A DNA stretch of 63,930 bases, filler included, from Phoronis australis (Eukaryota > Animalia > Phoronida): the NCBI GenBank assembly GCA_002633005.1. It is 7 parts of 7 records of this genome, joined end to end, with 100 filler letters (N's around TTAATTAATTAA, not from the genome) between each part and the next. Parts side by side here need not be neighbours in the genome. Positions count along the whole stretch, not along the records: positions 2,853 to 18,308 come from NMRA01000648.1; positions 18,409 to 28,236 come from NMRA01000365.1; 5 more parts are not named here. One strand, written 5' to 3'. Below are positions 11,501 to 23,257 of this stretch, in pieces. Each line of letters begins with the position of its first letter. The stretch's first letter is position 1. Made by a program: the position numbers and the translations under genes. The notes under the pieces were generated by a model. That model was not told where the DNA came from and made no database searches. It saw nothing but the letters and a program-made list of their open reading frames with translations.

Positions 11501-14500
11501 CTTCTACTATGACATGTGGGTTGACCCCAAGGAGAAGTAAGTTGTCCTGTGTTTTGAGTTTCTTCAGTGGTGCATACACTTGTCAAAGCTGTCAGTGTAT
11601 TGAGGTATAGAAGAAGGCTAACATGCATCAGAACAGTTTCACGTCATCTTATTTTTAATAAGTTCGAACAAAAACTCAAAAAAATCGTCTGGTTCAAGAT
11701 GGATACATAACCTGTTGGTTGAAGTTGTTGCTGCAGTTTAGACAAAATATATAGGACGTTTGAAAAGTGAAAGAAACATTTTGATGTTATCTAAGATATA
11801 AAACTTGACACTGAGTGATATGACAGCGATCTGCAGGCACCAGTCGATTTGCAGATCTGCGCAGCACTCTCTAGTGGCCGTTTCAGTGTCGACAAAGGGC
11901 TTTTCAATATTTTTGAAGGAAGAACCTTTTACAGATGATGTCTAGGGAACCAATTGATGGATTTCAATGAAACTTGACACAGGGTTATGTGATGAAAACA
12001 AGCTGGAACCAGTCAATTGTGTGAGCAATAAATTCATTGTCAGAGGCCATCTGTTTCAGACAAGTGTCCAGTAACGACTTCCCAGCTCTGGAATCCGTGG
12101 TTAAATCAATCATAAAGGAAAAACAGAAGTTTGAACGATTAGAGATGAAGAAAGAAGACCTGTTGGAGATGTTTAAGGTGAGACTTGGTTAGACTAATTA
12201 ATATTTACCGCTATACACTGGTGTACTCAATGTTGACCACTATATGCACAGTTGCATACAATATTGAACACTAAATACAAATGTACCTAGCATTGACCAC
12301 TATATACAGATGTATGTAATATTGATCACTATATACAGCTGCACATAATATTGATCATTATTGTATAGATGGACCAGGATATATAGAGATGTATACAATA
12401 CTGACCACTGGTAGTGGCTGTATCTGGTCCCACGTGATCAGTCATCGTGCTGGTACCCTAGACTCGCAATGAACACAGTTGTACAAAACATTGGTTACTA
12501 TATATACAATTCTACACAATTTTTATGACTACATTTGTGCACAATATTGGCCACTACTGTGTTACCAACCTGGCTAAGTATACGTTAACTATCCAACTTT
12601 AAATTTTCAGTACAACGAATTCAAGTGTCGGATCATCAAGAACAAAGTAGACACACCCACCACGACTGTATATAGATGTGGACCCTTGATTGACTTGTGT
12701 CGTGGGCCCCATGTTCGACACACAGGCAAGGTCAAGGCATTCACCATCACAAAAGTAAGAATCCCATAGAGTCCATACCCTAATGGAGCATGTGAAGTTC
12801 AATTAGTTTGCATTTTTATTTGCCCGAAACAATTTGTGATCGCATATAGCCAACGTCTTGTCTGTTCATCATCCGCCTGTCGTTGGCTTTGCTTGTCCAT
12901 TGGGTATTTCAAAAACCAGTTGATGGACCATGATAAATTTTTATCTACTACTAGTTAAATGGTATAAATCTGCTGTGGCCAGTCAACTTTTTAACAGATT
13001 GTACTACCATGCCACTCCCTCTTGGCTGTTTAAGTTTTCCATTAAAAAAAGTTGTGTAGATTATTGGTGAAACGACTTGAAAAAATTTTGCTGAAACTTG
13101 TTCAGAGGTATGTGGTGGAAATGTGCTAGCACCAGTCGGTTTTAGGGTAAATTCAACTAGTGCGGCACCCTCTAGTGGCCATTTTGTCGTGTTGTCCTGT
13201 TTTCCAGTTATCTGCTCTATACCTCAAAAAACCCTGGTTGTATTTAAAAGGTGCCAGTGGCAGGACTTTTCAGTATTTTTGGAGAAAAATATTTTTTTGG
13301 ATGATATATAGAGAACCGATGGCTGGATTTCAATGAAACTTGACGCATAGGTATGTGACAACAGTGTGTTGGCACCAGTTGATTCTTGGACAAATGTAAG
13401 TGCTGCTGCCCCCAAGTGGCATTTTTGTCCAGTTGTCTTGTTTTCCTGGCAAGACATTTTTCGTAGAATCTTTAGTTTATTGCGCTCTAGCTGGATGAAT
13501 TAATTTTTTTGGTCTGTGTTTAGTCCTCTGAGCAACTGCCTGATCGTTCGTTTGAGGGACAATAATTTTATGAAAGTATTGTGAACAAATCAGACATGCA
13601 TATGTGGTTTCATATAAGGATCACTTAACACAGTATTTCATACAACACTTTGGATATTGACGCTATGTGTTTTACTATTGTCCATTTCTATTGCTCACAG
13701 CGTAAACCCAGGTCAGAACACTGTACTCTGTCAGCTGCAGCGCAGTGAGTTAAAGGCAAAGGCAACCTTTTTACATGTCATTTTGAGCTAAAATAAGGTT
13801 GGTTGGTTATCCTAGACATATTTTCCACTTAATTACAGCTTTTCGTAATTTTATTAATTACTCGTCCGCTACTCCGGAAGTGACGTTTTAGGAGGCAAGC
13901 GTTTCCCGCCACTTCGTTTTGCGCTGAGTTTACCGTGCGAATTTGTTCTATTCTACTTTTGTTTTGTGCTGTTTTTCAACAATTGTCGCCACCAATTTCC
14001 ATCGGCGAGTATTCTGTGGCAATATAGGTTAGTAGAGAACTCAACTACGTTGGATTTAGGGATTGTTTAGAGTGCTGTAAGCTGAAAATGACTGAACTCG
14101 GTGACCCGTATCACAGTGACAGTAGTGTGAGTGACGGAGACCTTGTTCACAGCAGTGGTGACGAGGAATTTTTTCACGGACATTCAGTGGGTGGGTACTT
14201 GTTTGAGCCCGAGTATAATGAGGCAGAGTACGCACAGGCGCAGGCAGCTGTTGTGAGAAACGAGGTGGCTACTGAGGACAGACGTGGTGACATATCTTGG
14301 TGCAAATGCACTTTGTGCGTTGTTATCCCTACCTCAATGGAATGCTTGTGCTGTTCAGAGTTCGACGAGGCCAAGCCACTACTGGACACGGTTAAGTGGA
14401 CCTCCGGCATACCACGGGCAGAGGAACAACTGTCCCACTTGCCAGAGTGTCCCGCGACACACTCCAACTGGATGGTGACCTGAGCACCCAAACTGCTTAC

Positions 14501-17396
14501 ATCATGTCGTGTGACTCGCTCGCCACACACCTGGCACCTTCTAAATAGCTCCAACACTTTAGACAAGTCCACAATAAACTTATCAGTTTGGCTTACCGAT
14601 CTGTTCACTGGACGACGAACTCTCCTCTTCACTGGGTGTCGAACTGGGCCTGTAATCACTCCCACTACTCAATATCGCTGCAGGGCTGCTTAGAGGCTCT
14701 GGGCTGGAGAAAACAGCACAGGGCGAATCACTACTGGTTCCAGGAATGGCACGCTCTGGGGTACGTTCGTAGGCACGGGTGACAGTAGATGAAGTGCCTC
14801 CACTGGCTCCAGTCACTGTACTGGCCACAGCTCGCGAGGCTTCTCGCTTCAAAAACGCACATCTCGGGGGTGGCGACGGGACAGTGCCGGGAATCAACGC
14901 AGACGGAATGGCATCCTGCTTCAGGCGTTGTTTCGCAGGGACCTTCATCAGTTCAGCGTACAAATCCCTTTCGTAATCGGACGGCAGAAAGTGTTTGTCA
15001 CACACACGGTAATTCTCGACTGCTTTGTACGTTGCGTGGACGGGTAACGCTGCGTTCTTCACACGAACGACCCAAGTACGGCGAAGTGTCATCCATCGGA
15101 AAGCGATGCAAAGGTACTCCCAAAGCGCGCGTGAGACGATAATTAGTACATCCCGGTACGCAGCAACAGTGTGGCATGTTGAATGACTAGTAAATGAAAG
15201 CAAGCGACGACGGAACTTAACACAACCGAGGTAGAACAATGACTGAGTCGGCAGCTCTCACAGTCAGACTATATGAAAAGAAATTGGCGCGAAATGCTTG
15301 CTTCCTAAAACGTCACTTCCGGAGTAGCGGACGAGTAATTAACAAAAGTACGAAAAGCTGTAATTAAGTGGAAAATATGTCTAGGATAACTAACCAACCT
15401 TATTTTAGCTCAAAATGACATGAAAAAAGGTTGCCTTCGCCTTTAAAGATTGTGCATAGTACATCAGATTTTTAACTAAACATCAGGTATAATGCATACA
15501 AGGGAAGCCTGGCATGCACAATACCTGATTACGCAATTTTGTTGTTACACCTACTCCAGACCCTAGGTCATTTGTTAACACAATTCTCAGAAATCCTGGA
15601 TTGATGTCTTTCTCCAGAACTCGGCTACCTACTGGGAGGGTAATTCTGAGGCGGAGACCCTGCAGAGACTCTATGGAATCTCGTTCCCTGACACCAAACA
15701 GTTGAAGGAATGGAAGCAGTTTCAGGAAGAGGCTGCCAAGCGTGACCACAGGAAGATCGGACGAGTGAGTGATTATGTATAATAATACTTATTAATATAT
15801 AAATCTTTATGGTCCATCCTGATGTTATGTACAACCACTGATGTCAAAATATTGTGCATGAAACATTCAAATGAATATTAGAGACTTGTAATGAAAGAGT
15901 GCTTACATACCATGATGGCAAGCAATGGATAGCATCACCCTGGTGTGAACTCCTTATGATAAATTACTAAGAAGAACTTGTGATGCTTTAGTTTTGCAAT
16001 TTCTCCTGTGTGTCACTGCTTTATTATTGTAGATTTTAGGAAAAAAAACGCTGTTTTTAAGTTGAAACTACACCATGTCTCCTTTGATAAAATCTCTGGT
16101 CAGAATTAAAGATCCTGAAAAATAGTCTAGCTTGTTAGAATAAAATATTTGACTTACGGTAATAACATATGTTTGTTTTAACTGCTGTAATGTTACGTTG
16201 TTATTCGCAAGTTTGTAAAAAAGCAAAATTCCATGCACAAAGCTGTCTGCGTGTACTCGATATCTGTACAAAAGTGTTGAAGGAAAGGTTTTATGAGTGT
16301 TACTTGACACAGTAGTGTGTATGCATGTTTGTACATGCAGGCAGGGGTTGCCTTGAAGAAGTGAAGTAAGCTGTGTGTCAGTATCCTCCAATGGTTGTGG
16401 TCATTCAACAAGCTTATGTAGTTAATCAATACAGTGACTGTTGCTGCTGTCATTTCTCTTGTTCACTCTGTTCTCATGGATACTGTTACTCACTCAGTGC
16501 CACACACGTATTTGAATTTGATGACTTTTTGAAAATTCTCTTGCCGAACACACAGATTTAAATGATAATGCAGCATTCATTACATTTGATAAAATAATAA
16601 TATTAGAGAATCGATTTTGTCGTCACATTTTTTGCCTGCACGGTTGCTTAGTTCACTACACAGAATCCTGGTGCATATACACACCCTGTTAATGAATGCT
16701 GTAGCATTGCTGTGTTAGTCATTGGTTGTATTTGATTCACTCTGTTGATTTGTATGTTGGAAGGGCTGTCGTTATCAAGAACACATCAAATATCTCAGCA
16801 GTTAACCTAACTGGCTGAGTGAAACAAGTACAGCCATTGCTTCTGCTGACTACAGTATCAAACTTGTTCTCTTGTTGCTATAGGAACAAGAGCTCTTTTT
16901 CTTCCATGAGCTCAGTCCTGGCAGCTGCTTCTTCTTGCCCCGTGGAGCCATGATCTATAACACACTGATTGACTTGATTAAGGTGAGTCTTGATTTGTGG
17001 CCGTCTACTCACTCATCAGTCAGGTGTGCCAATAGATTATAAATTGTCTGTTGGTGCTCACCAGCAGGTGTAGTTATGAGTGTATTGGAGTAGTGTTGGG
17101 AAGCATCTTGAGTTTGACTGGCACCAAGACGGTATCTTTTTCGTGTTATGGCACGAATCAGATGAGTTTTTTTCATATTTTCTCTAAACCTCACCAATGT
17201 CTCAGAATATTTTGCTTTTGACTAAACAACTACTTGCACTGCTTCAAATTCCTGCCTGGATTTCACCGTACATAATTTTGTTGGCTTTTCATCCTGACAG
17301 TCCGAGTACAGGAAGCGTGGTTTCAGTGAAGTGGTGTCGCCAAACATTTACAACCATAAGCTGTGGGAAACATCTGGCCATTGGCAGCATTACCAG
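5582..17396 (+). CDS. TARS1: Threonine--tRNA ligase, cytoplasmic; 5' partial gene, 10 exons (3' part beyond contig end)
   Basis: Exons 5582-5635 (or -5602), 9338-9400, 10219-10400, 10741-10856, 11401-11536, 12060-12177, 12611-12754, 15618-15764, 16884-16982, 17301-17396 join in frame; TGS domain [83 protein letters not shown]. Confidence 0.96.
7107..7544. mobile_element. MITE with ~95-bp terminal inverted repeats in TARS1 intron 1; a related fragment at ~6733-6766
   Basis: gtctctagttaaact...ctggaagcttttcggtgaattatgcctcacactgattaaaaaatcaag (7107-7200) is reverse-complementary to 7446-7544. Confidence 0.75.
12225..12570. repeat. Degenerate ~30-bp minisatellite (core ttgaccactatatacag) in a TARS1 intron
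   Basis: Repeated attga(c/t)cactatat(a/g)ca units. Confidence 0.75.
12813..13545 (+). repeat. Dispersed repeat family with internal tandem units (Helentron/HINE-like non-autonomous element); fragments also near 10970-11070, 11790-12040, 17660-17860, 26490-26555 (inverted), 56056-57000
   Basis: Shared motifs gatggatttcaatgaaacttg, gcaccagtcgattt, ccctctagtggccattt, caatttgtgatcg; HINE class is inference. Confidence 0.55.
14088..14400 (+). pseudogene. 5' fragment of Kolobok accessory (KolX-like) gene resembling the P2X7 intracellular Cys-rich domain
   Basis: Acidic N-terminus, GYLFEPEY, then [21 protein letters not shown]; truncated by internal deletion. Confidence 0.7.
14390..15239 (-). pseudogene. 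5' fragment of Kolobok transposase: THAP domain followed by a C2CH zinc finger; frameshifted
   Basis: [28 protein letters not shown] (THAP); [32 protein letters not shown]. Confidence 0.78.
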
Positions 17397-18408
17397 GTAA
17401 GTCTTCAGTGGAGGTCACCTTCTTTTGTTGTCTAAGGCTGTGGTCAGACATGCCCTGGGGTAAGGTTAACTTGGCATGTGATATACTCACAGTGCACAAT
17501 GACAATGTGACCACTGGCAGAATTGCACAGCTCGGCACTGCCACTCAATGTGTGACTGGGTAATTTATGCAAAGCAGTCATCGAAGATGGTAAATACATG
17601 ATGCATGAAAAGTTATCAATTTCCTGCATTTTGCCAGGGCATGCTTATTGTCTGTAGGTCAACTTCTAAACACCTTGCAGGATCTTTATGAAATTCAGCA
17701 GTTGAGTTGCTATGAATCCGATGATGGATAAGGATCACTTTGGGATGGATTCACTTAGTGCTGTGCCACCTGATGGCAATTTTAAGTACCTTCAGTTGTT
17801 TCTATGGCTTTTGAGTCATTGGATATATCTCCTGAAATTTGTCAGATATCCTATATCCTTAAGAGCGTGTTCGCGAATGGACCAGGCAGAGGGTGATAAA
17901 CGCTATGTCACAGATTCTCTTTATATTTTGTCTGTGAGATGACACTGGTCCCACTGACTCCAGACCACCTTTATTTTTTTCAAAACGCCCCCTTTTGGTT
18001 TCCATGGATACTATTTGTTTCCGACAAGTTTTCAGCCTGGCGGCAGTTAAGTTTTAGTAAAATTCCGACAATTACGTTACGCAGTGGAAGTAACGTTGAA
18101 ATATTGAACCTGTGTTATTGATCAGGTGTGACCTTCGACTACTTTATTCATGAAAATTTAAAAGATTTCGATAATTTTTTGTCTGTTTTTAGAGCCGCAT
18201 AAGATGAGTACTTTTAGTGATTTTTGAAACTGTCAAAATTGGCTAAATTCGTATCCCGATATCTCAGCTGGCACAGGTTTCAGAACATTTTAGTGCCAAC
18301 CAGTGTGTNNNNNNNNNNNNNNNNNNNNNNNNNNNNNNNNNNNNNNNNNNNNTTAATTAATTAANNNNNNNNNNNNNNNNNNNNNNNNNNNNNNNNNNNN
18401 NNNNNNNN

Positions 18409-21400
18409 TCACTTGACCTGTCTCACTGCTGCGCTGGCCTTCTGCCGCGCGCGCCCTCTGTCGGCATCGAGAGACGACTGCTGTTCGTCTTGGAGACTGC
18501 CGACGTTGGCTGTCCAGCCCATATGCCGGTAATGGCCAATGAGGGCGCATCATGAATATTAATTAAGCGGCCCTGCGGCCGATACACATGTTTGGATGCA
18601 GAATGGCATTCGATACCCAGACCACACACCAAAGCAGAACTATTGAGCTCGACCACGGACAACTAAGATGTAAGGTAAGACACCTTTGAAGAATCACTAC
18701 ATTGGCGTAGTTGCTTTTTAGCAGACTAGTTTGATTGCGCGAGGGACCCTGTTCCCGTAGATTATTTTAGTTCTTTCGATCAGTCGCGAGTGGCAATTTT
18801 TGGCAGAACCCGGGGAGGGAACCGGAGAATTTGTTACTCTAGGCTCTATTTTTTCTGAATTTCGGGGGCACGCCCGGCAGTTGTTCTCGGTGAGCTTTTC
18901 GTTCCGCCGGCGGGGAGCCGTAAGTCGCGGAAAAGCAAGACCCGGACGTTGCGCGTGTGCCTTGGGTCACGATTTTTAGAAACTGTAGATTATTTTTTTT
19001 GGGGGGATTTTAGCTGAGTAGCGACCAGCTAATTCTTTAAAGCAGTTTAGCTGCAGCGGATGCGTAGCGAACATCCGTTGTTTTTCGGTAACTTTGAGTT
19101 TTTTTGTTTTTTTTAAGTTTCGACAACACATTCTCGGAAGGTGCTAGTGCGTAGCGACCACTTTGCTCCTTCTCTTTGAGGCTTTCCACACGTCTCTTAA
19201 GTTCTCTAAACATTATATCATAGCCAAAAACTATATTCGCTTGATCGGGTGGGTTAGTGCAATATTGAGCCATCTATAGTTTTGCCCAGATTTGCCACCT
19301 GTCTCGCGACACGGCCTTTGACGCTGTCTTCGTATTAGTAAATAGCGTCCCTTAGTATAATAACTGTTACGTTTTTGTGTTGTGCGCGTCCATTCTGACG
19401 TGCCGTGTCTTAGGGATTTGCAATTTTTTCTCCAGCACGCTAGCCCTCGGCGCGTTCATTAAAGTACGTCCATTAATAACCATTCCAGGGTCTGTTTGAT
19501 CCTGTCATTTTGGGCAGCTATTGTTTACTCGTCTTCCCCCATATTATCTAAACATGTCGTTTCGTGGGTTACGTAATATCTGGCCGGAAGACCAACCGCA
19601 GCATTTCCGCGAGTCACGTGTGGCCCCTGCCAAGGCTCCCGCCCCACATTCACGTGACTCGCTGCCATTTTACAATACGCCACCAGATACGGCTGCGCAC
19701 GAACACCGTACGCATCGTCGTTCTTTAGACACGCCCCGCTGTACCAGCACCCCACGGGACCTAGGGTCCACGCCACAGCCTCGCACTTTCTCGAGCGCCC
19801 CGCGGTCTATGTCCTTTGACGGCCGTGGGAATTGGGTGGCGTTTTTCAAAAAATTTCAGCGCTACGTAGCAGCAAATGATATGACGGACGCAGAGTGCGT
19901 TGATCAGCTGTGTTTTTGCCTTGAGGGCAAGGCTAGCGAATACTTCTCGCTTATAACAGACAATGCCCCTTACGTTTCGCTGACTACGATAGCGGTTAAG
20001 ATGGAACGCAGGTTCGCGGGAAACCATGCAACTACCCGAAACCGCGCAACTGCAGTTTTCAAGCGCAGTTCAAGGCAAGAGTCCGAGTCTTTAGATGACT
20101 GGGCTGACCGCTGCCTGTTCCTGGCTAACCAAGCGTTTTATGACGTCTCCCCTCACCACGCTCAGACACAAGCAATTACGAAGCTGTGTCACGGGTGCCA
20201 CAACAAAGCTCAGTGCGGGCATGTACGCAGCGAGTATTCGGCCCGCGTCATATGAGGCCGCTGTGGACGCCCTAAAGTGGTTTGTGCACACACACAGTGT
20301 GATTTATGGTCGGTCTGCTGCTCCATTTAGCGAGCCCCCCGTCCGTGAACCACAAGCACGAGACACACCCACAAGTGACGCAGGCCGCGCGCCGCCACGG
20401 TCCCCCAGAGCGGGATATGGATCAGCGCATGTCGGCGGTGGAAGAGTCCTGTCGCTCTCTAGCCGAAAGCCAGGACCGTCTCATGCCATTGAGAAGGTCC
20501 TGTCGCGCCTAGCTCTTAGCGACCGCGACAGGAGTAGGCCTGGCCGAGATCGGGGTGACAAAGGTAGAACCTACAACGAATCACCAGTGACGTTCTCCGC
20601 GTTCTGCCTCGAGGTCGCTTTCGAGTGGCGCATGCTTTTCGTGCGGCGGGGCGCAAGGACCATATTAAAAGGGATTGTCCCCTGCTCAATGACGAAGGGA
20701 CCCGAACAGTGAAGTTTGACGAGCATTCGGAAAACGACAGTGGACCGGAGTCTCGGGCTTAACCCCGGTCCATGGCAATCCAAGCCCACACAAATCGCAA
20801 GGCAGCGGCATTGCAGGTTTCCGTACAGCCAACGGACACAGGCCTCCCCGCCATGCCGGGATTCAGAGACACCTGTTGTCATGACGGTGAACCCGCCACC
20901 TCACGCATTGCTAGATGTCCGGTGCCTTCGAACTGTTATTTTCCTCCGCCTTGAGTGGTCAGTCCGGTTTTACGACATACCCTATTTGGTTGCTGGACGC
21001 GAGAAGTTTCGGTGGGGTTCGGATCAAGACGAACCATTTGTCCGCTTCAAGGTGGATTCGCGTGATCTGTACCACGTGTATGGCGACGCCAAGTTGTCTC
21101 TGAAGGCTTAGTCGATCCGCGCTGGCGTTCTGCTGCGCGACGTTTCGTCCGGTCGGCGAGCGGTTATGATCGGCGGCTCCTCGGTCTTGGGTCGCATTAA
21201 TTTGTCAACATGCTTCCGTTTGTGGCATATGTCGCATGCCGTCGACTATATCCGCGTAACAGGTTGCGCGCAGTACGGCGTACGTGGTGTGACTTTAAAG
21301 TTCCTCGGTCATGCAGTCCGCCGCAGGGGGCGGCTGGGGTGCTTGAAAGACAGTGCCTAATGCCATTAAGCGTTGTTGTTCGCCTAGTTTGGTTAATTCC

Positions 21401-21998
21401 TAGGCGTACCACCGCGGGATATCCCCTCAACACGGCATTTTTTTTAAATTGGTGAGGGTGGTGCTGTTGGGTAATTCAGTATAATGACCAGATCAGATAG
21501 CACGGAATTATACGTGCAGTAGTATATGGTGACCGTTAGAAATTATATGTCGCACTGCACTGTGGCAGCGCACCGATGGTCACAGCTTTTAAAACTTTTT
21601 GTTGTGCAAGTGGCCAGTATAGGAATTGGCCTCATTTCGGAAATTCAAATGTTCTCCGTTGCGTTTCGGCTCTAATCAAATAAAACGGAGGAGAGTGTAG
21701 TGAGACGTCACTTGACCTGTCTCACTGCTGCGCTGGCCTTCTGCCGCGCGCGCCCTCTGTCGGCATCGAGAGACGACTGCTGCTCGTCTCGGATACTGCC
21801 AACGTTGGCTGTCCGGCCCATATGCCGGTAATGGCCAATGAGGGCGCATCATGAATATTAATTAAGCGGCCCTGCGGCCGATACACATGTTGGGGTGCAG
21901 AGCGGCATTCGATACCCAGACCACACACCTAAGCAGAACTATTGAGCTCGACTACGATAACTTAGATGTAAGGTAAGACACCTTGAGGAATCACTACA
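18409..21998 (+). mobile_element. Gypsy/Ty3 LTR retrotransposon, non-autonomous (gag only)
   Basis: 5' LTR 18409-18701 (cut by contig start); 3' LTR 21696-21998 TGTAGTGA...TCACTACA; PBS-like TGGCGTAGT at 18703; PPT aaaacggaggagag 21682-21695. Confidence 0.9.
19554..20712 (+). pseudogene. Gypsy gag, frameshifted, with CCHC zinc knuckle
   Basis: FDGRGNWVAFFKKF..L.FCLEGKASEYF; RQESESLDDWADRC..LA; knuckle CFSCG..GH IKRDCP near 20633-20681 with a 1-nt shift. Confidence 0.8.
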
Positions 21999-23110
21999 AT
22001 AGTCTGAAAGCCGGTGAGAATGTCGTCGGGGGCGTTGTCGCCGTAACGGCGCCATCAAGTCTTTCATGGGCCGAGGAACTTGGCTGGATACTGTGAGACA
22101 GGGCCTAAACACAGCACACTTTCTCGTCGTCAACTTGTGTGCAAATCCTGTAAGCGTAAAGGCTGGCTAATATAGAGCGACGTACTTTTTTGATTTCACT
22201 CCGCGTGGCGTAGGCCGTCGATGGCTTTTGCTCACATTTTAGCCAGACAAATCTTACTCAAACAGGATTTTCACGTAAGTGGACGAGAAAGCATGCACTG
22301 TTTACACCAAAAGCTTGACGTTACCGTCACAGATTGAACTTGAGCTATAGTCGCTGTTCGATGGGCTTGGCTGCCGATGAGACAATTGCGGTCGTAAACT
22401 ATGGCACCTGATTAGTGTGCGAGTTTCAAAGTCAAAAAACGAACAATAAGTAAGGCAAACGAGCCACATGACTGTTTTTAAACTTGAAAAGTAAAAAACA
22501 ACAGTCTTTGGTTTTTTAAAATGAATTAATGCATCATTTTACGAGAGAAATTATAACAAATAGGTTTTCTTTAGCATTGCGGCTTAGTCACGAGCATTAG
22601 GTCTAATGTGTGAATTGATTAGGACAGGTTATTCACAGTCTGGATTAAGCTCCCTGATAGGTGTTGGGATAAACCCAAAATTTTAGCGTAGTACTGTTGC
22701 CGAAGTTCATGCACATATAAAACAATTTACATATACACCGAGGAACATTATATGTGAAACACTGGCACATGCGCAGATATGTATAACCACTTGAGCAAAA
22801 ATCTACGAAAAAACGCAATGTTTCGGAATAGATAAAGTCGGTGGCTAGGTCTCAAGCGACATTTCGAGAGTTGTCTAACGTTTCTATTTACCGCACGAAC
22901 TATATAAAGCAACTCGATCCGACTCAGAAAATCGCATACAAGCAGATGCATGCGTAACCGCAGTTCTATATTCAGTACTCTGTACCCAGGCTTGGAGGGG
23001 GTCCCCATAATGGCTTAGAAGTTTGCGGACAGTTGTAAATTATGGGAGTCACTCACACACAATAGGTCTTTTGAAACTGACATGCGTGTTCATGGTGCAA
23101 AGCAGGCGTG

Positions 23111-23257
23111 CGTTCAGTAACGCTGTACGCTAGGACCTACACTACGACCTAGCTAAAATTTGGCCAAAGTCACGTATTCTTGTTAAAAATACACGGTAAT
23201 ATCTCACGTACTCTCGCGAAGTCTTGCTTTTTAGCGAGGTCCTAGCGTTACTGAACG
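23111..23257. mobile_element. Short MITE; related copies near 29705-29804 and 30693-30810 (inverted)
   Basis: TIR cgttcagtaacgct / agcgttactgaacg; shared internal tcgcg..tcttgctttt.tagcgagg. Confidence 0.6.

Larger units (their letters stand above)
13754..15442. mobile_element. Kolobok-type DNA transposon, internally deleted (family A copy 1), in TARS1 intron 7
   Basis: TTAA on both sides (13750-13753, 15443-15446); AGGCAAAGGCAACC...GGTTGCCTTCGCCT termini; ~155-bp TIRs; THAP (-) convergent with Cys-rich ORF (+). Confidence 0.85.
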
